A stretch of DNA of 64,000 bases from contig CAVZMH010000016.1 of assembly GCA_963776345.1 (NCBI GenBank), forward strand, positions 288,001-352,000, given 5' to 3'. The position numbers were made by a program, and so were the translations under genes. The notes under the pieces were generated by a model. The model was not told the DNA's origin, made no database searches, and saw only the letters and a program-made list of their open reading frames with translations. Of this stretch, positions 32,476 to 42,652 are shown piece by piece. Within the stretch, counting starts at the first letter, position 1, and every line of letters starts with the position of its first letter. Source of the stretch: an uncultured delta proteobacterium. Lineage in GTDB: Bacteria > Myxococcota > Myxococcia > Myxococcales > Myxococcaceae.

Positions 32476-33303
32476 TCAGGCCAGCCAGCGCTTGCGCCGT
32501 CGATAGTGCTTCGCGTCCCGGAAGTTCGTCCGCCCTGCCCCGCCGAGGCCGAGATAGAACTCCTTCACGTCCGCGTTGCCGGCCAGGGTCGCGGAATCGC
32601 CGTCCATCACCACCCGCCCGGCCTCGAGGATGTACCCGTGGTCGGCGAAGCGCAGCGCGGCCGCCGCGTTCTGCTCGGCGAGGAGGAAGCTCACCCCCTC
32701 GCCGCGGTTGAGCGAGCGGACGATGCCCAGGATCTCCTCCACCACCTGGGGCGCCAGACCCATCGACGGCTCGTCGAGCAGGATCAGGGTCGGCCGGGCC
32801 ATCAGGGCCCGGCCCACCGCGGTCATCTGCTGCTCCCCGCCCGAGGTGAACCCCGCCATGGCCCGCCGCCGGTCCCGCAGCCGCGGGAAGTAGGCGTAGA
32901 CCTTCTCCAGATCCGCGCGGACCTCCCGCCTCGACGCGGCGCGGGTATACGCGCCGGTCAGGAGGTTCTCCTCCACGGTCAGGTGACCAAAGCAGTGCCT
33001 GCCCTCCATCACCTGGATCACCCCCCGGCGGACCAGCTCGGAGGGGGTGAGCCGATCCACCCGGGCACCTCCGAAGAGGATGCTCCCCTTGGTCACCACC
33101 CCCCGCTCGGCGGCGAGCAGGTTGCTCACCGCCTTGAGGGTGGTGGTCTTCCCCGCGCCGTTGCCGCCGAGCAGCGCGACGATCCGCCCCCTCGGCAGCT
33201 CCAGGGACACGCCCCGGAGCACCAGGATGACGTGGTCGTACACCACCTCGATGTTGTTCACCGCGAGCAGCGGCTCGGGCGAGGCGGGGGCGGCGGCGGT
33301 CAC
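32476..33303 (-). CDS. Liv-type ABC transporter ATP-binding protein (LivF-like)
   Basis: GGNGAGKTT, SGGEQQM, LLDEPSMGLAP. Confidence 0.92.
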   Translation of the reverse strand: MTAAAPASPEPLLAVNNIEVVYDHVILVLRGVSLELPRGRIVALLGGNGAGKTTTLKAVSNLLAAERGVVTKGSILFGGARVDRLTPSELVRRGVIQVMEGRHCFGHLTVEENLLTGAYTRAASRREVRADLEKVYAYFPRLRDRRRAMAGFTSGGEQQMTAVGRALMARPTLILLDEPSMGLAPQVVEEILGIVRSLNRGEGVSFLLAEQNAAAALRFADHGYILEAGRVVMDGDSATLAGNADVKEFYLGLGGAGRTNFRDAKHYRRRKRWLA

Positions 33304-33308
33304 GCGGA

Positions 33309-33548
33309 GTGCTCCGACCGGGGTGTGGTGAGCACAGCGAGGCGGCAGAGACCGAAGCGAGACGGCGCACACGAGGAGCGAGCAGCGGAGGCGTGCTTCG
33401 TGGCAGTGAGCCCCGACGTGCGGCGCGCCGGCGCCGCTCCGCGAGCCTCCCCCTGGTGCGGGGGACGTCGAGCAGCGCAGCGACGAGGCTGCGCGTCGCA
33501 GCGAGAGGATCGGCCGCCGCAGCGATCAGCACACCCCGGTCGGAGCAC
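33309..33548. mobile_element. 240-bp MITE-like element with 19-bp perfect terminal inverted repeats
   Basis: GTGCTCCGACCGGGGTGTG (33309-33327) and CACACCCCGGTCGGAGCAC (33530-33548) fill the whole intergenic space. Confidence 0.75.
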
Positions 33549-34880
33549 CTAGGAGCTCTCCTTGCTGCAGTCGCGCTCCTGGATGTTGTTCTCCTTGGCG
33601 TACTTCGCCGCGCTCTCCTCGATGAGGGGACGCACCAGCGCCTTGTCCGCCTGGATCCAGTCGCTGATGACCTTCCACTTGGTCCCGTCCCACTGCTGGA
33701 ACTTCGCCGCGCCGCCGCCCTCATGATCGGCGCAAGTGACCTTGAGCGGCTGGATGAAGTTGGTGGCCCCGAGCGCCGCGATGCGCGCACCATCGAGGTT
33801 CAGGTTCTCCAGCCCCCAGCGGACCTGCTCACCGGTGAGCGGCTTCTTTCCGAACTTGCCCTGGGCCACCCGGATCGCCTCGACGAAGACGATGCTGGTG
33901 AGGACGCCGCGGTTGTAATAGATGCTCCCGATCCGGTGCTTTTCGGTCATGTTGCCCTTCCCGGCGCCGTAGACCACCCGCTCGATCTCCTGGATGACCT
34001 TGAACTCCTTCCCCGGGGGGTTGAGCACCGCGCTGATGTAGCCCTTGGCCGGCGCGCCCACCGGGTCCACGTCTTCCTCCGAGCCGGTCCAGAAGTTCCC
34101 GATGATGTGGTCCATCGGGAAGCCCACCCGGGCCGCGTTCTTCAGCATCGCCGGGTTCATCACTCCCCACCCGCTGACGATCACCCAGTCCGGCTTGAAC
34201 TGCCGGATCTCCAGCCACTGCGCCTGCTGCTCGCTCCCCGGGGCCGGGACCTCGATGATCTTCCCCTCGAAGCCGTACTTCTCGGCCTGCTTCTGGAAGA
34301 CCACGTTGGGCTCCTTGCCGTACGCGCTCCCGTGGTGGAGGTGGACGATCTTCTTGCCCTTCAGCTTCGCCAGGCCTCCCTCGCGCTGGCCGATGTACCG
34401 GACGATGTCCGTGTTCAGGCTCCAGTAGGTGGTGAAGAGCGGGAAGACGTAGGGGAAGAACCGCCCGTCGGCGGCGTCGGTCCGGCCGTGGGCGATGGTG
34501 ACCAGCGGGATCTTGTCCTGGGCGACCTTGGAGATGAGCGCGTAGGAGATGCCAGTGCTGTAGAAGGTGAACATCGCCGCGCCGGTGGGCCCCTTGGCCT
34601 TGAGCCGCTCGTAGCACTCGACGCCGCGGTCGGGCTTGTACTCGGTCTCGCACTCCTCCCAGGTCAGCTTGACCCCGTTGATCCCTCCGTCGCGCATGTT
34701 GATCAGGTTCATGTAGTCGATCATCCCGCCGTAGAGGCTGGTGCCTCCGGCGGCGTAGGGTCCGATCCGGTAGCTGGGCATCGGAATGAACTGCTCGTTC
34801 TGCGCCTGCACCGGCGCCGCCCACACCAGGGCCAGGGCCGATGCCGCCCCCAGCCACCACCCTCGTCTCGTCGTCCGCAT
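33549..34880 (-). CDS. Liv-type ABC transporter substrate-binding protein
   Basis: Signal peptide; DGGINGVKL.WEECETEY..DRGVECYERLK, AYGKEP, CADHEG. Confidence 0.9.
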   Translation of the reverse strand: MRTTRRGWWLGAASALALVWAAPVQAQNEQFIPMPSYRIGPYAAGGTSLYGGMIDYMNLINMRDGGINGVKLTWEECETEYKPDRGVECYERLKAKGPTGAAMFTFYSTGISYALISKVAQDKIPLVTIAHGRTDAADGRFFPYVFPLFTTYWSLNTDIVRYIGQREGGLAKLKGKKIVHLHHGSAYGKEPNVVFQKQAEKYGFEGKIIEVPAPGSEQQAQWLEIRQFKPDWVIVSGWGVMNPAMLKNAARVGFPMDHIIGNFWTGSEEDVDPVGAPAKGYISAVLNPPGKEFKVIQEIERVVYGAGKGNMTEKHRIGSIYYNRGVLTSIVFVEAIRVAQGKFGKKPLTGEQVRWGLENLNLDGARIAALGATNFIQPLKVTCADHEGGGAAKFQQWDGTKWKVISDWIQADKALVRPLIEESAAKYAKENNIQERDCSKESS

Positions 34881-34895
34881 GTCTGCCTCCCTAGT

Positions 34896-35963
34896 TCAAT
34901 GAGGAAACGGCCACAGCCGGAGCTTTTCCTTGCCGATCTGCCAGAGCCGGGCGAACCCGCGGGGCTCGGCGATGAGGAAGACGATGATCAGCGCGCCGAA
35001 GCACACCAGCTCGAGCTGGCTGAGCAGCCCCGGCCGCACATCGCCGCGCACCATGACGTGGAACATCCAGTTCAGGAGCAGCGGGAAGAGGGTGATGAAG
35101 GCCGACCCGAGGAACGCGCCCATCACCGTTCCCAGGCCTCCGATGATCACCATGAAGAGAATCTGGAGCGATCGCTGCAGATCGAACGCCTGCGGCTCGA
35201 CCGTGCCCAGGTAGGCGAACGCCCAGAGCGCGCCGGACACCCCGCAGTAGAACGAGCTCAGGCCGAAGGCGAGCAGCTTGGTCCGGAGGATCGGAATGCC
35301 GATGACCTCCGCGGCGACATCCATGTCCCGCACCGCCATCCACGAGCGGCCGATGCGGGAGCGGGAGAGGTTCTTCGCCACCAGCGCCAGCAGGCTCACG
35401 ATGGAGAGCACCAGGAGGTAGCGCCGCACCGGCGTCTCGATCGGGACGCCGGCGATCACCATCCGCTGCGCAGTGATGACCCCGGAGCTGGAGTAGTTGC
35501 TGAACCAGCCCACCTTGGTGAAGAGCCAGTCGACGAAGAACTGCGCGGCCAGGGTCGCCACCGCCAGGTAGAAGCCCTTGATCCGCAGCGAGGGCAGCCC
35601 GAAGACCAGGCCCACCCCGGCGCTGATCACTCCGGCCAGCATGAAGGTCACCAGCAGCGGGAGCCAGGGCAGCCTCAGCTGGAGGTTGTAGGCGGCGAAG
35701 GCGCCCACCGACATGAAGGCCGCCGTTCCGAGGCTGAACTGTCCGGCGTATCCGGTGAGGATGTTCAGCCCCAGCGCGGCCAGGGCCAGCACCAGCATCG
35801 GGATCAACAGCGCGGTCAGCGCGTATTCTGAGGCGAGGAGCGGCACCAGCACGAAGGCCGCGGCGAGGAGCAGGACCATCCCCACCCGATCCTGGGTGAT
35901 GGGGAAGATCCGCTGGTCGGCGGAGTAGGTCGTCCGGAACTGTCCCGCTTCCCGGTAGATCAC
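34896..35963 (-). CDS. Liv-type ABC permease (LivM-like)
   Basis: LGLNILTGYAGQFSLG, LRIKGFYLAVATLA, AVRD...AAEVIGI. Confidence 0.92.
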   Translation of the reverse strand: MIYREAGQFRTTYSADQRIFPITQDRVGMVLLLAAAFVLVPLLASEYALTALLIPMLVLALAALGLNILTGYAGQFSLGTAAFMSVGAFAAYNLQLRLPWLPLLVTFMLAGVISAGVGLVFGLPSLRIKGFYLAVATLAAQFFVDWLFTKVGWFSNYSSSGVITAQRMVIAGVPIETPVRRYLLVLSIVSLLALVAKNLSRSRIGRSWMAVRDMDVAAEVIGIPILRTKLLAFGLSSFYCGVSGALWAFAYLGTVEPQAFDLQRSLQILFMVIIGGLGTVMGAFLGSAFITLFPLLLNWMFHVMVRGDVRPGLLSQLELVCFGALIIVFLIAEPRGFARLWQIGKEKLRLWPFPH

Positions 35964-35964
35964 G

Positions 35965-36846
35965 TCACACCCGCTCGATCCGCTTCTCGCCGAACAGCCC
36001 GTCGGGGCGGACCAGGAGGAAGAGCAGCGCCAGCACGTAGGGGAACCAGTTCTCGATTCCCCCTCCGATGATCGGCCCCAGGTACACCTCGGCCACCTTC
36101 TCCGACGCCCCCACCATCAGCCCCCCCACGATGGCCCCGGCGATGGAGGTGAAGCCACCGAGGATGATGACCGGCAGTGCCTTCAGCGCCACCTGGGTCA
36201 GGGCAAACTGGACGCCCAGCCGGCTGCCCCAGAGGAGCCCGGTGACCAGCGCCACCGCCCCTGCCGCCGCCCACACCAGCGCCCAGATTCGCTCCAGGGG
36301 AATGCCCACGCTCAGCGCCGCCTGGTGATCGTCCGCCACGGCCCGCAGCGCCCGACCGACGCGCGTCCGCTGGAAGAAGAAGGCCAGCGCCAGCACCAGC
36401 GCTCCGGCCGTCGCCGACGCCACCAGGTCGAACTTGGAGATCAGGACTCCTTTCACCTCCAGGGGCGTGTCCGGGATTCCCAGATCCAGCCCCCGCACCA
36501 CGCTCCCCCACACCGCCTGCGAGACGCCCTCGAGCACGAAGGTCAAGCCGATGGTGGCCATGAAGAGGCTGATCTGCGGCTGGTTCACCAGCGGCCGGAG
36601 CACGAGGCGTTCGGTCAACAGCGCGAAGACGATCATCGCCGCCAGCGCCGCCGGGAAGGCCGCCCACCCGCTCCAGCCCATGTCCACCAGCCCGGCGTAG
36701 GTGGTGGCGGCAGCGAGGACCATCGCCCCCTGGGCAAAGTTGAAGACGCCGCTGGCCTTGAAGATGAGCACGAAGCCGAGCGCCACCAGCGAGTACATCA
36801 CCCCGGCCAGAAGGCCGCCGACCAGCACCTCGACGAAGAAGGCCAT
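35965..36846 (-). CDS. Liv-type ABC permease (LivH-like)
   Basis: YSLVALGFVLIFKASGVFNFAQG, GRALRAVADD. Confidence 0.92.
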   Translation of the reverse strand: MAFFVEVLVGGLLAGVMYSLVALGFVLIFKASGVFNFAQGAMVLAAATTYAGLVDMGWSGWAAFPAALAAMIVFALLTERLVLRPLVNQPQISLFMATIGLTFVLEGVSQAVWGSVVRGLDLGIPDTPLEVKGVLISKFDLVASATAGALVLALAFFFQRTRVGRALRAVADDHQAALSVGIPLERIWALVWAAAGAVALVTGLLWGSRLGVQFALTQVALKALPVIILGGFTSIAGAIVGGLMVGASEKVAEVYLGPIIGGGIENWFPYVLALLFLLVRPDGLFGEKRIERV

Positions 36847-37664
36847 CAGCCAGCCTCCTTCAGGGCGCGGTCATCGGCCGTGGTGGGGACGCCGAGGTAG
36901 GCGGCGATCACCTCCGGATTGGCGCGGACCTCGGCCGGAGCCCCGTCGGCGATCTTCCGCCCATAGTCGAGGACCACCACCCGGTCGGCGATGTCCATCA
37001 CCACCGCCATGTCGTGCTCGATGAGCGCCACCGTCACCCCCAGCTCGTCGTTGGCGTCGAGGATGAAGCGGCACATGTCCTGCTTCTCCTCGATGTTCAT
37101 CCCCGCCATCGGCTCGTCCAGGAGGAGCAGCCGGGGCTCGGCGGCCAGCGCGCGGGCCAGCTCCACCCGCTTCTGCAGCCCGTAGGGAAGCCGACCCACC
37201 GGGGTCCGGCGAACGTGCTCGATCTGCAGGAAGTCGATGATCTGCTCGACCCGGGCGCGGTGCTCCAGCTCCTCGCGCTCCGCCGGGCCCCAGTACAGCG
37301 CTTGCCACAGCATCCCCCGTCTCATCTTCAGGGCCCGGCCGGTCATCACGTTGTCCAGCACCGACATCCCCTTGAACAGGGCGATGTTCTGGAAGGTGCG
37401 GGCGATGCCGTGCTCGGCGGCGTGGTGCGGGCGCATGGCCCGGCGGGTCTCGCCGGCATAGGTGATGGTTCCCGCGTCCGGGGCATAGACCCCGTTGATC
37501 ACGTTGAGCAGGCTCGACTTCCCTGCCCCGTTGGGGCCGATGATCGCGCAGATCTCGCCCTCGTGGACGTGGAAGTCGACGTCGCGGAGGGCGTGGACGC
37601 CGCCGAAGCGCAGCGAGACGCCCCGGACCTCGAGCAGCAGCGGGCCGGGCACCTTCCCGTGCAT
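36846..37664 (-). CDS. Liv-type ABC ATP-binding protein (LivG-like)
   Basis: GPNGAGKS, RTFQN, LPYGLQKRVELARAL, LLDEP, IEHDM. Confidence 0.92.
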   Translation of the reverse strand: MHGKVPGPLLLEVRGVSLRFGGVHALRDVDFHVHEGEICAIIGPNGAGKSSLLNVINGVYAPDAGTITYAGETRRAMRPHHAAEHGIARTFQNIALFKGMSVLDNVMTGRALKMRRGMLWQALYWGPAEREELEHRARVEQIIDFLQIEHVRRTPVGRLPYGLQKRVELARALAAEPRLLLLDEPMAGMNIEEKQDMCRFILDANDELGVTVALIEHDMAVVMDIADRVVVLDYGRKIADGAPAEVRANPEVIAAYLGVPTTADDRALKEAG

Positions 37665-39610
37665 CAGGCCGCCCTCCTCGCCTCGTCGAGATCGACGGTG
37701 AGCGCCTCCAGGATCGGCAGATCCGCGCGCATCAGTCCGGTTCGCCCATCCTCGAAGCGGACCTGCGTCTCGACGTGGATGCGCGGCTCTCCGGAGTACA
37801 GCGCCTCCACCAGGGGGGCGTACTTCTCGGCGATGAAGCCGCGGCGGACCTTGCGGGTACGGGTCAGCTCACCGTCGTCCGCATCCAGCTCCTTGTGCAG
37901 CACCAGGAACCGATGGATCTGCGAGCCACGGAGCCGGGGATCGCGGGCCAGGTCGGCGTTCACCTGCTCCACACAGCCGCGGATCAGATCGTGGACCGGC
38001 CGCTGGCCGGCGAGATCGGCGTAGCCGGAGTACGGCAGGCTTCGCCGCTCGGCCCAGTTCCCCACCGCCGCCAGGTCGATGCACACGAACGCCGCGGCGA
38101 AGGCGCGGCGGTCTCCGAAGGCCACCGCCTCCTTGATGAAGGGGAAGAACTTCAGCTTGTTCTCCAGGTACTTCGGCGCGAACAGGGTGCCGTCCTGGAG
38201 CCGGCCGACGTCGCGCGCGCGGTCGATGATCCGGAGGTGTCCGTCCTCGTCGAAGAAGCCCGCATCCCCGGTGCGGAAGTACCCATCGGGGGTCATGGAC
38301 TCCGCGGTGGCCGCCTCGGCCCGGAAGTAGCCATGAAAGACACCGGGGCTCCGGACCTGGACCTCCCCGGCCTCGGAGATCCGCACCTCGACGTCGGTGG
38401 CCGGCGTTCCGACCGACTCGGGCTTCACCTGCCCGTTCGGCTGGATGCAGACGAAGACCGAGGTCTCGGTGCTCCCGTAGAGCTGTTTGAGATTGACCCC
38501 CAGCGACCGGTAGAACTGGAACAGATCGGGGCCGATCGCCTCGCCCGCGGTGTACGCGACGCGGATCCGGCTGAAGCCCAGGACGTTCCGCAGCGGGCCG
38601 TAGATCAGCAGATCCCCCAGCGCGTAGGCGAACCGCGCCCCGAGCGGAACTGGTTTCCCGTCGAGGATCGCCGGGCCCCAGCGTCGGGCCACCGCCATGC
38701 AGCGCGCATAGAGCCAGCGCTTGAACCGCGAGGCGTCCTCCATCCGGATCGACACCTGGGTGAGGAGGTTCTCCAGCACCCGCGGCGGGGCGAAGAAGTA
38801 GGTCGGGCCGATCTCCCGGATGTCGGTGAGCACGGTGTCCGGGCTCTCGGGGCAGCTCACGCAGAACCCGGCCACATGGCCCTGGCCGTAGCTGAAGAGG
38901 TTGTCGCCCACCCAGGCCATCGGGAGGTAGGCGAGCACCTCCTCGTCCGCGGTGAGCCGCTCCCGATGGATGCCGCCCTGACCGGTGACGATCAGGTTGT
39001 CGTGGGTGAGCATCACGCCCTTCGGCGTCCCGGTGGTCCCGGAGGTGTAGAGCATGATCGCCACGTCGCTTGCCTGCCCCTGCTCCACCTCGGCGGCGAA
39101 GAAGTCCGGGCGGGTTCGCTCGAAGTCGCGGCCGGCAGCCTGGACGTCCTCGTACGCTCGAAGCTGCGTCCGGTCGTAGTGCCGGAGGCCGCGCGGATCG
39201 TCGTAGACGATCATCTCGAGTCGCGGGCAGCGCGACTTCACCTCCAGGAGCTTGTCCACCTGTTCCTGGTCCTCGACGATGGCGATGCGAACGTCGGCGT
39301 TGGTGAGGACGTAGGCCATCTCCTCCGCGACGGCGTCCTGGTAGAGCGGAACCGGGATGGCCCCCAGCGCCTGCGCGGCGTCCATGGCCCAGTAGAGCCG
39401 GGGACGATTGTCGCCCACGATGGCCAGCGTCTCGCCGCGGCGGAGACCCAGGGTGTGGAGCCCGCAGGCGAGGCTCTGGACCTGCTCGAGCGCCTGCGTC
39501 CAGGAGTAGGTCTGCCAGATGCCGCGGTCCTTCTCCCGGATCGCCGGCCGGTCACCCCGCTGACGCGCGTGCTCGATGAGCAGTCGCGGAAACGTGTCCG
39601 GCGCCGGCAT
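37664..39610 (-). CDS. Long-chain acyl-CoA synthetase (AMP-binding)
   Basis: YTSGTTGTPKGV, YGSTE, FRTGDAG, GELTRTRKVRR. Confidence 0.92.
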   Translation of the reverse strand: MPAPDTFPRLLIEHARQRGDRPAIREKDRGIWQTYSWTQALEQVQSLACGLHTLGLRRGETLAIVGDNRPRLYWAMDAAQALGAIPVPLYQDAVAEEMAYVLTNADVRIAIVEDQEQVDKLLEVKSRCPRLEMIVYDDPRGLRHYDRTQLRAYEDVQAAGRDFERTRPDFFAAEVEQGQASDVAIMLYTSGTTGTPKGVMLTHDNLIVTGQGGIHRERLTADEEVLAYLPMAWVGDNLFSYGQGHVAGFCVSCPESPDTVLTDIREIGPTYFFAPPRVLENLLTQVSIRMEDASRFKRWLYARCMAVARRWGPAILDGKPVPLGARFAYALGDLLIYGPLRNVLGFSRIRVAYTAGEAIGPDLFQFYRSLGVNLKQLYGSTETSVFVCIQPNGQVKPESVGTPATDVEVRISEAGEVQVRSPGVFHGYFRAEAATAESMTPDGYFRTGDAGFFDEDGHLRIIDRARDVGRLQDGTLFAPKYLENKLKFFPFIKEAVAFGDRRAFAAAFVCIDLAAVGNWAERRSLPYSGYADLAGQRPVHDLIRGCVEQVNADLARDPRLRGSQIHRFLVLHKELDADDGELTRTRKVRRGFIAEKYAPLVEALYSGEPRIHVETQVRFEDGRTGLMRADLPILEALTVDLDEARRAA

Positions 39611-39799
39611 CGTCCCTCCCGCCCAGGCTCGCGAGGACGGGCCTGTCCTCCCGCCGTGGCTCGCGGCGCCGGGGCATCCTAGGAGGGCGGCCCGGTTCGA
39701 TCCACGGTCCGGAGCGGGCCCCGGCGCTCGCGCGAAACCTCTTCGCCGCAGAGCGTCATTCCGCCGAGCCGGCGCGACGGTGCGCCGTCCTCCCTCTCC

Positions 39800-40570
39800 T
39801 CAGCGCACCGGCCCCGCGCCGGCGAGCCCGCGCAGATGCCCGAGCACCGCCTCCAGACCCTCGGGCCGGGTGTACAGGTCCACCGGCCCGGCGAAGAGCC
39901 CGTCGGCGATGAGGCGCGCCACCTCCTGCACCGGCTGCGCGCCGGGCAGGCTGCGCGAGTCCGGGCCACCGCCGACCGCGTTGTTCCCGAACTCCGTCGC
40001 CACCACCCCGGGGAGCACCAGCACCACCCGGATGCCCGGGAAGTCCTTCGCCAACTCGGCCCGCAGGGCCTCGGTCAGCGCGTTCAGCGCCGCCTTCGAC
40101 GCGCTGTACGCCGCGCGGAAGGTCGCCAGCGGCATCCGCGAGAGCATCGACGAGACGTTCACCAGCACGCCCTGCCGCCGGTGCTTGAAGTGCGGCAGCA
40201 CCACCTGCATCCCGTAGAGCGCCGAACGGGTGTTGTCCCGCACCATCGTCTCGAGATCCTGGTCGGTGATGGCCTCGATCGACGGCCGGGTGATGCCCCG
40301 GCCGGCGTTGTTCACCCAGACGTCCACCCCGCCGAAGCGCGCCACCGCCCGCTCCAGCACCCGCTCCACGTCCGCGCGCCGGGTCATGTCGCCGGGCACG
40401 ACCTCGGCCGGGCCGCCCAAGGTCGCCGCCATCTCGCGGAGCAGCTCCTCGCGCCGCGCGGTGAGCACCAGCGAGGCGTGGCGACCGGCGAGCTCGTGGG
40501 CCAGCGCGGCGCCGATGCCCGCGCTCGCCCCGGTGATGACCACCACCGGCCCGCTGGATTCCCCGGCCAT
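39800..40570 (-). CDS. SDR family oxidoreductase
   Basis: TGASAGIG, NNAG, YSASK. Confidence 0.92.
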   Translation of the reverse strand: MAGESSGPVVVITGASAGIGAALAHELAGRHASLVLTARREELLREMAATLGGPAEVVPGDMTRRADVERVLERAVARFGGVDVWVNNAGRGITRPSIEAITDQDLETMVRDNTRSALYGMQVVLPHFKHRRQGVLVNVSSMLSRMPLATFRAAYSASKAALNALTEALRAELAKDFPGIRVVLVLPGVVATEFGNNAVGGGPDSRSLPGAQPVQEVARLIADGLFAGPVDLYTRPEGLEAVLGHLRGLAGAGPVR

Positions 40571-40572
40571 GA

Positions 40573-42498
40573 CTACAGCTTACGCCCCTTCAGGAGGTCA
40601 CCGAGCGTGCCGAAGCCCTTCCCGCCGCCCCCGCTCGGACGCTCTTTGCGCTGCCACGCCTCCATCTCCGCCCGCTCGGCCGCGCGCTCCGCCGCAGTGA
40701 GCGACAGCCGGATCTTCCCGGTGGCGTCCACCTCGAGGATCTGCGCCTTCAGCGCCTGCCCGAGCTGGAAGTGCCGCTTGAGGTCCGTGCCCCGCTCGGT
40801 CCCGGTCTCGCTCGCCGGCACGAGGCCCCGGCCGCCCGCGAAGACCAGGAACACGCCGTAGGGCTCGATCCGGTCCACCGTGCCCTCGACCGCCTGGCCC
40901 GCCTTCGGGCGCGGCGCGGACTCGCGCTTCGGCGCGGCCTGCTTGCCCACCGCCGGCTCGGGGGCCGGGGCCGAGGTCGAGACCCCGCTGCCCACCGGCA
41001 CGCCGTCGACCACCAGCCGGAGCCCGATGCGCTTCTCGGCCGGGTCCACCTTCTCCACCGCGACCTCGACCGTGTCGCCGACCTTGACCACGTCGCGCGG
41101 ATGCGCGATGCGCCGCTCGGACATCGCCGAGATGTGGATCAGCCCGTCCACGCCGGGGCGCAGCTCGACGAAGGCTCCGAACGGCTGCAGCCGCACCACC
41201 TTGCCCTGGAGCCGGTCACCGTCCTTGAGCCCCGCGGCGAACGCCTTCCACGGATCCTCCTGGCGGGCGCGCATCGACAGCGTGATGCGCTCCTTGTGCT
41301 TGGCCTTGTCCGGCGAGTTCGGGTGCGGCGGCTCGATGCGGAGCACCTCCACCTCGACCGTGTCGCCGACGCTCGCCACCTCGCTCGGGTGCGCCACCCG
41401 CGCATGCGAGAGCTCGGAGAGCGGCACCAGCCCCTCCACGCCGCCCAGGTCCACGAAGACTCCGAAGTCGCGAACGCCGGTCACCGTGCCCTGGAGCACC
41501 TTGCCCCCGGCGAGGGCCTTGCGGGTCTCGGCGGCCAGCGCCTTCTGCTCGTCCTCCAGCAGGGCGCGCCGGCTGAGCACCACGTTCCGCTCGCGGACCT
41601 CGGTCACCCGGAAGCGCAGCCGTTCGCCGATGTACTGGTCCGGCTTGTCCACGAACCGCAGGTCCATCTGGCTCAGCGGGACGAACGCCCGCGCATCGCC
41701 CACCGCCACCTCGAACCCGCCCTTGTTGACCGCGAGGACGAGCCCCTCCACCGGCATGCCGCCCGCCCGCGCCTCGGCGAGCATCGCCAGCGACGCCGAG
41801 CCCTTGCTCAGGGTGCGGCTGAGGATGACGCCCTTGGCGCCCGCCTCCACCACGTGGGCCTCGACCGTGTCGCCCACGCCGAAGCGGAGGATGCCCTCGT
41901 CGTCCTTGAGCTCGCGGAGGTCGATCATCGCCTCGGTGCGGCCACCGAGCGTCAGGAACGCCGTGTCCGCGCCGAGCTGGAAGATGGTCCCGGTCACCCG
42001 CTCGCCGATCCGCGGCATCCGGCGGTGCCCCCCGCCCTCCTGCTTCGCGTGGGCCTCGTACATCTCGGCGAAGGACTGGTTCTCGGGGACCTCCTCGTAC
42101 ACCGCGGTCCGGGGGGCGGGCGGGGCCGCGGGGGCGGCTGTCTCCACCGGCGCCGGACCGGCCTCTTCGGGGGCTGCCGGGCGCGGCTCCTCGGCCTTCG
42201 GCGTCTCGGGCGCCCGGGTCTCGATGGCCCCGCTCGCTCGGCGCACCACCACCAGAGGTCCCTGCGGCTTGCGGCGCTCGGGCTTCCGCGGCTCGCGGCG
42301 CGGGGTCTCGGCCTGCGGAGTCTCGCTCCCGGCCGGTGCGGCGGACGCAGGCGCGTCGCGGCGGCGCTCGCCGCGCGGTCGCTCCTCGCGCTCTCCACCG
42401 CGGCCCGCGGGGATGCCCAGCATCACGTCCCCGAAGGTGGCCCGCGGCTTCCTGGGCCCGAAGCCACCCTTGTCCGGGCCCTTCCGATCGTCACTCAC
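40573..42498 (-). CDS. Ribosomal protein S1-like protein (five S1 domains, low-complexity N-terminal extension)
   Basis: Repeated S1 motifs (GTVTGVRDFGVFVDLGGVEGLV, GKVVRLQPFGAFVEL, GTVDRIEPYGVFL); C-terminal FGTLGDLL. Confidence 0.85.
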   Translation of the reverse strand: MSDDRKGPDKGGFGPRKPRATFGDVMLGIPAGRGGEREERPRGERRRDAPASAAPAGSETPQAETPRREPRKPERRKPQGPLVVVRRASGAIETRAPETPKAEEPRPAAPEEAGPAPVETAAPAAPPAPRTAVYEEVPENQSFAEMYEAHAKQEGGGHRRMPRIGERVTGTIFQLGADTAFLTLGGRTEAMIDLRELKDDEGILRFGVGDTVEAHVVEAGAKGVILSRTLSKGSASLAMLAEARAGGMPVEGLVLAVNKGGFEVAVGDARAFVPLSQMDLRFVDKPDQYIGERLRFRVTEVRERNVVLSRRALLEDEQKALAAETRKALAGGKVLQGTVTGVRDFGVFVDLGGVEGLVPLSELSHARVAHPSEVASVGDTVEVEVLRIEPPHPNSPDKAKHKERITLSMRARQEDPWKAFAAGLKDGDRLQGKVVRLQPFGAFVELRPGVDGLIHISAMSERRIAHPRDVVKVGDTVEVAVEKVDPAEKRIGLRLVVDGVPVGSGVSTSAPAPEPAVGKQAAPKRESAPRPKAGQAVEGTVDRIEPYGVFLVFAGGRGLVPASETGTERGTDLKRHFQLGQALKAQILEVDATGKIRLSLTAAERAAERAEMEAWQRKERPSGGGGKGFGTLGDLLKGRKL

Positions 42499-42652
42499 CT
42501 CGATGCTCCTCGCTGCAGCGGTCCGCCCCGTTCCACGCCGGGAGCGCACCTCCGGCCGTGCTCCCTGTCGTGAGGGCCGCGGGTCATTGCACATCCTCCG
42601 CTTGGGGGCAAAGGGGGCCGCCTCCCGATTGCAACGAGAGCGGACCGGTCCG

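Noticed and set aside
37775..39682. Long plus-strand ORF opposite the acyl-CoA synthetase, and similar very long ORFs (33309..35831, 40880..44350, 47538..50552, 53948..56998, 59108..62074)
   Set aside because: Antisense or off-frame shadows of well-supported genes; stop codons are scarce at this GC content and the translations have no family motifs
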